From a bacterium (lineage in GTDB: Bacteria; Patescibacteriota; Minisyncoccia; Ryanbacterales; GWA2-47-10b), in contig JAQBTR010000005.1 in the NCBI GenBank assembly GCA_027624915.1, positions 1-48,419 of the forward strand: 48,419 bases of DNA, read 5' to 3'. Below are positions 45,553 through 48,419 of the stretch, in pieces. Every line of letters begins with the position of its first letter. Positions within the stretch are counted from its first letter, which is position 1. A program made the position numbers and the translations under genes. Under the pieces are notes generated by a model that worked only from the letters and a program-made list of their open reading frames with translations, was not told the DNA's origin and did no database searches.

Positions 45553-46667
45553 ATAACACCTTTCATTGGCATAACAACATAAAGTGATTTCTCATTTTTT
45601 AATGGACGAACGAGAAGGGGTTGAGATTCTCCATTAAAACCAAACATAATTTTTTCATCTGTAAAAGATTCAAGTCCATCCAAAAAATAGTGATAATTAA
45701 AAACAATAGAAAGACCCTCTCCATCTATATCTATTGGAATATCAGCCTTATATTCACCAACTGATATATTATTACTCTCAATAGAACATGTTTTTTTATC
45801 TGAATTAAAAGAAAAAGAGATCCCTTGTAGTTTATTAGTAAATAAACTTGCTCTACGTATATGTCCTATAAAATCTGTTTTTGAAATAGTTATTTTTGTT
45901 TCAAATTTTTTAGGAATTATTTGTCCGTAATTAGGAAAAGATCCTTCTGTGAGGCGCGAATAAAGTCTTATATCATCATATATAACTGTTATTTCTCCTT
46001 TTCCTACATCAAAGAGTATTTCTTCTTTTTCTCCAAAATCTAAAAGTTTAATAATTTCTTCAGTAGTTCTTAAGGGTAAAAGAAAATTTTCCTCTCCTCC
46101 CTTAGAAGACAAAGACACGGGTTTTATAATTTCCTCTGAGAGTCTAAAACTATCAGTTGAGGCTATACGTACATTTTCTTTTTCTAATGAAATATAAATA
46201 CTTGCAAGCTCTGGTTTAATTGAATTTTTTGAAATAGATATAAGACTCTTAGAAAAAACACGTAAAATATCTTTTTTGTTGAAAGATATTTTATAAGACC
46301 CCTTCATTACAGGAAATGGAGGAAAATCATCTTGAGGATATCCTTTAAATAAAGTACGTCCAGATTCTGTCCCTACATAAAGGTCATTTTTTTCTACTTC
46401 AAGTGAAATTTTTTCATCTTTAGGAAGGGTAGATATAAAAGAAGTAAGTGTTTTTGCTGGTATAACAACCTTACCTGGACTAGATATATTAGCTCTAAGA
46501 GAAATCTCTATTCCTATTTCTAAGTTGGTTGCTATTATTTTTAATAAACCATTTTCAGCGGTAATTAAAAGAGAACCAAGTATTGGTAAAGTTAAATCTT
46601 TTCCGGTATTTCTTTCAGAAAGAGATAATGCTTTTTTTAGATTGTCTGTAAGAACGGTGCACCTCAT
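45549..46667 (-). CDS. dnaN: DNA polymerase III beta clamp
   Basis: LPILG, ATNLEIG, STDSFRL, GSFPNYGQIIP, YVVMPM. Confidence 0.96.
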   Translation of the reverse strand: MRCTVLTDNLKKALSLSERNTGKDLTLPILGSLLITAENGLLKIIATNLEIGIEISLRANISSPGKVVIPAKTLTSFISTLPKDEKISLEVEKNDLYVGTESGRTLFKGYPQDDFPPFPVMKGSYKISFNKKDILRVFSKSLISISKNSIKPELASIYISLEKENVRIASTDSFRLSEEIIKPVSLSSKGGEENFLLPLRTTEEIIKLLDFGEKEEILFDVGKGEITVIYDDIRLYSRLTEGSFPNYGQIIPKKFETKITISKTDFIGHIRRASLFTNKLQGISFSFNSDKKTCSIESNNISVGEYKADIPIDIDGEGLSIVFNYHYFLDGLESFTDEKIMFGFNGESQPLLVRPLKNEKSLYVVMPMKGVI

Positions 46668-46842
46668 AAGTAATAAATAGTTTTTATATATATATTATTA
46701 GTAGTTATAGTTGTAAGAGGGATAAAATGGATAACTCTAGTTTGTTTTATTGGCTAATGATTTTTAGGAGATTTCAAACTTAAGTATGTGTGGAAAAGCT
46801 TGGGTGAAACTGTTGGATAAAAAAGAAGAAAAATATTTTTTT
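46668..46842. other. oriC: Probable oriC unwinding region
   Basis: dnaA-dnaN spacer; AT-rich tract 46681-46700; TAG-like trios to ~46717; degenerate DnaA boxes at 46726, 46789, 46812. Confidence 0.75.
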
Positions 46843-48204
46843 TTAGCTTTCATAAATCTTTGCACGGATTAACTTCAGTTCTTCCACAAGTTTTACATCT
46901 GTTTTTAATTCACGCGCAATTTTTTCATAAGCATGAAGTGCTGTTGTATGATCTCTCCCACCAAGTTTTTGTCCAATAAATGGATATGAGCCATGATAAT
47001 CTTCACGTAAAAGATACATTGTAATTTGTCGTGGTTTTACCACCTCACGTCGCCGAGATCTTTCATAAAGTCCTTCACCCCCAAGATCATAAAACTCTGA
47101 TACAGCCTTGATTATTTGAGCTGTTGTAACTATCTTCTTCGCACGAGCATTAAGTTGTTCTAGTGCAATTTTAGCCTCCTCAAGCCCTAATAATTTACCT
47201 TTTAACTTTGATTTGGCAAGAATAAGATTAAGAGCTCCTTCAAGCTCTCTTATATTTTTTTGGATAATGGATGCTATATACTCTAAAACCTCAATTGGAG
47301 GCTCAAAATCTTTAGTAGCAGCTTTTAATTTAAGAATAGCTAAACGCGCTTCAAACTCAGGCTCACTAATATCGGCCGTTAAACCAGCCTCAAACCTTGA
47401 ACGTAAACGCTCTTCCAGTTTTGATATAGCTCCAGGTGGTTTGTCTGAAGAAAATACGATTTGTTTACCTCTTTCGTGAAGAGAATTAAATGTGTGAAAA
47501 AATTCTTCTTCGCTTTTTGCCTTACCAGCTATAAATTGAACATCGTCAATTATAAAGAGATCTATGCTTCGATATTTTTCTTTAAAAAATTGTAATGGTT
47601 CTCGGTTTTGTAATACAGAAATAAGCTCATTAACAAACTTTTCAGAAGTTATATATAGAATCTTATATCCCGGGTTGTCTTTTTTAACTTGATTGCCAAT
47701 AGCATGCAAAAGATGTGTCTTACCTAGACCAACACCACCATATACAAAAAATGGATTATATAGTGAACCAAGGTTTTTAGTTATAGATAGCGCTGCCGCA
47801 TGTGCAAACTCATTAAAAGTTCCAACAATAAAAGTATCAAAAGTATATTTAGGATTAAGGTTTGTTTCCCTATCAATAGAGAACTCCTTAAACTCAAGTT
47901 GTTCATCAGCTGTCTCTAGTTGTGGCTCCCGCTTCTTTATTACAGGGGCTGGAGTATCTCCAGCGACAACAAGATAAGAAGCATTACGAATTAAGGGTGA
48001 GTTTGTACGTAATGAACGAAGGATTTGTTTATGAAACTTTTTTTCTAACCACTCTTTAGCAAATGCGTTGGGTACAGAGATTATCACCGTACCCTCCTGT
48101 ACGTCTTGGATGGCCGTATGTTTAAACCAAGTGGCAAAGTTGGCACGGGATACCTCAAATTCAATCTCTCCTAAAACTGATTGCCACAATTCGTTATGGT
48201 TCAT
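46843..48204 (-). CDS. dnaA: Chromosomal replication initiator DnaA
   Basis: LNPKYTFDTF, GGVGLGKTHL, DDVQF, NIRELEGAL, GRDHTT. Confidence 0.98.
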   Translation of the reverse strand: MNHNELWQSVLGEIEFEVSRANFATWFKHTAIQDVQEGTVIISVPNAFAKEWLEKKFHKQILRSLRTNSPLIRNASYLVVAGDTPAPVIKKREPQLETADEQLEFKEFSIDRETNLNPKYTFDTFIVGTFNEFAHAAALSITKNLGSLYNPFFVYGGVGLGKTHLLHAIGNQVKKDNPGYKILYITSEKFVNELISVLQNREPLQFFKEKYRSIDLFIIDDVQFIAGKAKSEEEFFHTFNSLHERGKQIVFSSDKPPGAISKLEERLRSRFEAGLTADISEPEFEARLAILKLKAATKDFEPPIEVLEYIASIIQKNIRELEGALNLILAKSKLKGKLLGLEEAKIALEQLNARAKKIVTTAQIIKAVSEFYDLGGEGLYERSRRREVVKPRQITMYLLREDYHGSYPFIGQKLGGRDHTTALHAYEKIARELKTDVKLVEELKLIRAKIYES

Positions 48205-48335
48205 AAATACACTATACGGACTTGGTAACGATTTTCCAAGATTGAAAAATTAAGGCTAATATGTTCTAATTGTTTATAACCTGTTCACTTCTTGTGTACA
48301 GTAAATTAGGCCTCCGGGCGCTATACTAGGAATAT

Positions 48336-48419
48336 ATGTCAGTAACCTATCAGCCAAAAAAACGAAAACGAGCACGAACACACGGTTTTCTTAAACGAAA
48401 ACAAACTCCGGGTGGACGG
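48336..48419 (+). CDS. rpmH: 50S ribosomal protein L34 (partial, runs off window)
   Basis: MSVTYQPKKRKRARTHGFLKRKQTPGGR; divergent from dnaA. Confidence 0.95.
   Translation, partial: MSVTYQPKKRKRARTHGFLKRKQTPGGR

Noticed and set aside
1-48419. Alternative genetic code (TGA recoding), transposases, integrases, cas genes
   Set aside because: Core genes are full-length in code 11 with TGA used as stop (tsaD, yebC, ruvC); no such enzyme motifs were seen in the ORFs.

Overview
48.4 kb chromosomal segment ending at the replication origin (rpmH<-dnaA-dnaN-dciA). Gene content and style suggest a Patescibacteria/CPR (Parcubacteria-like) genome in standard code 11; this assignment is inference. The indicators are a membrane-anchored ClpA/B-like ATPase, short valS, YkuK, PrsW, a degenerate DHH protein, an orphan response regulator, type IV pilus genes and few Shine-Dalgarno sites. 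Most of the window is housekeeping: DNA replication and repair, translation, cell wall, and a MacAB-like exporter. There are six intact tRNAs and a small accessory island at the left end, downstream of tRNA-His. The most unusual signal is non-coding. Three tRNA loci (Leu-GAG, Val-GAC, Val-TAC) carry degenerate tRNA copies interrupted at recurring structural positions (T-loop, D-arm/anticodon junction) by families of palindromic elements that show compensatory base changes. At tRNA-Val(TAC) these form a three-layer nested tRNA-inside-tRNA structure. Other highlights: an unassigned ~238-nt highly structured RNA between pilB and ruvB, a second ~140-nt stem-closed element, a 40-bp covarying dispersed repeat, a truncated foreign heme-motif lipoprotein gene next to tRNA-Glu, a PhyH-type dioxygenase and a 47-aa hyper-acidic ORF both missed by the ORF track, and pervasive leaderless-mRNA architecture. 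No CRISPR array, integrase or transposase was seen.
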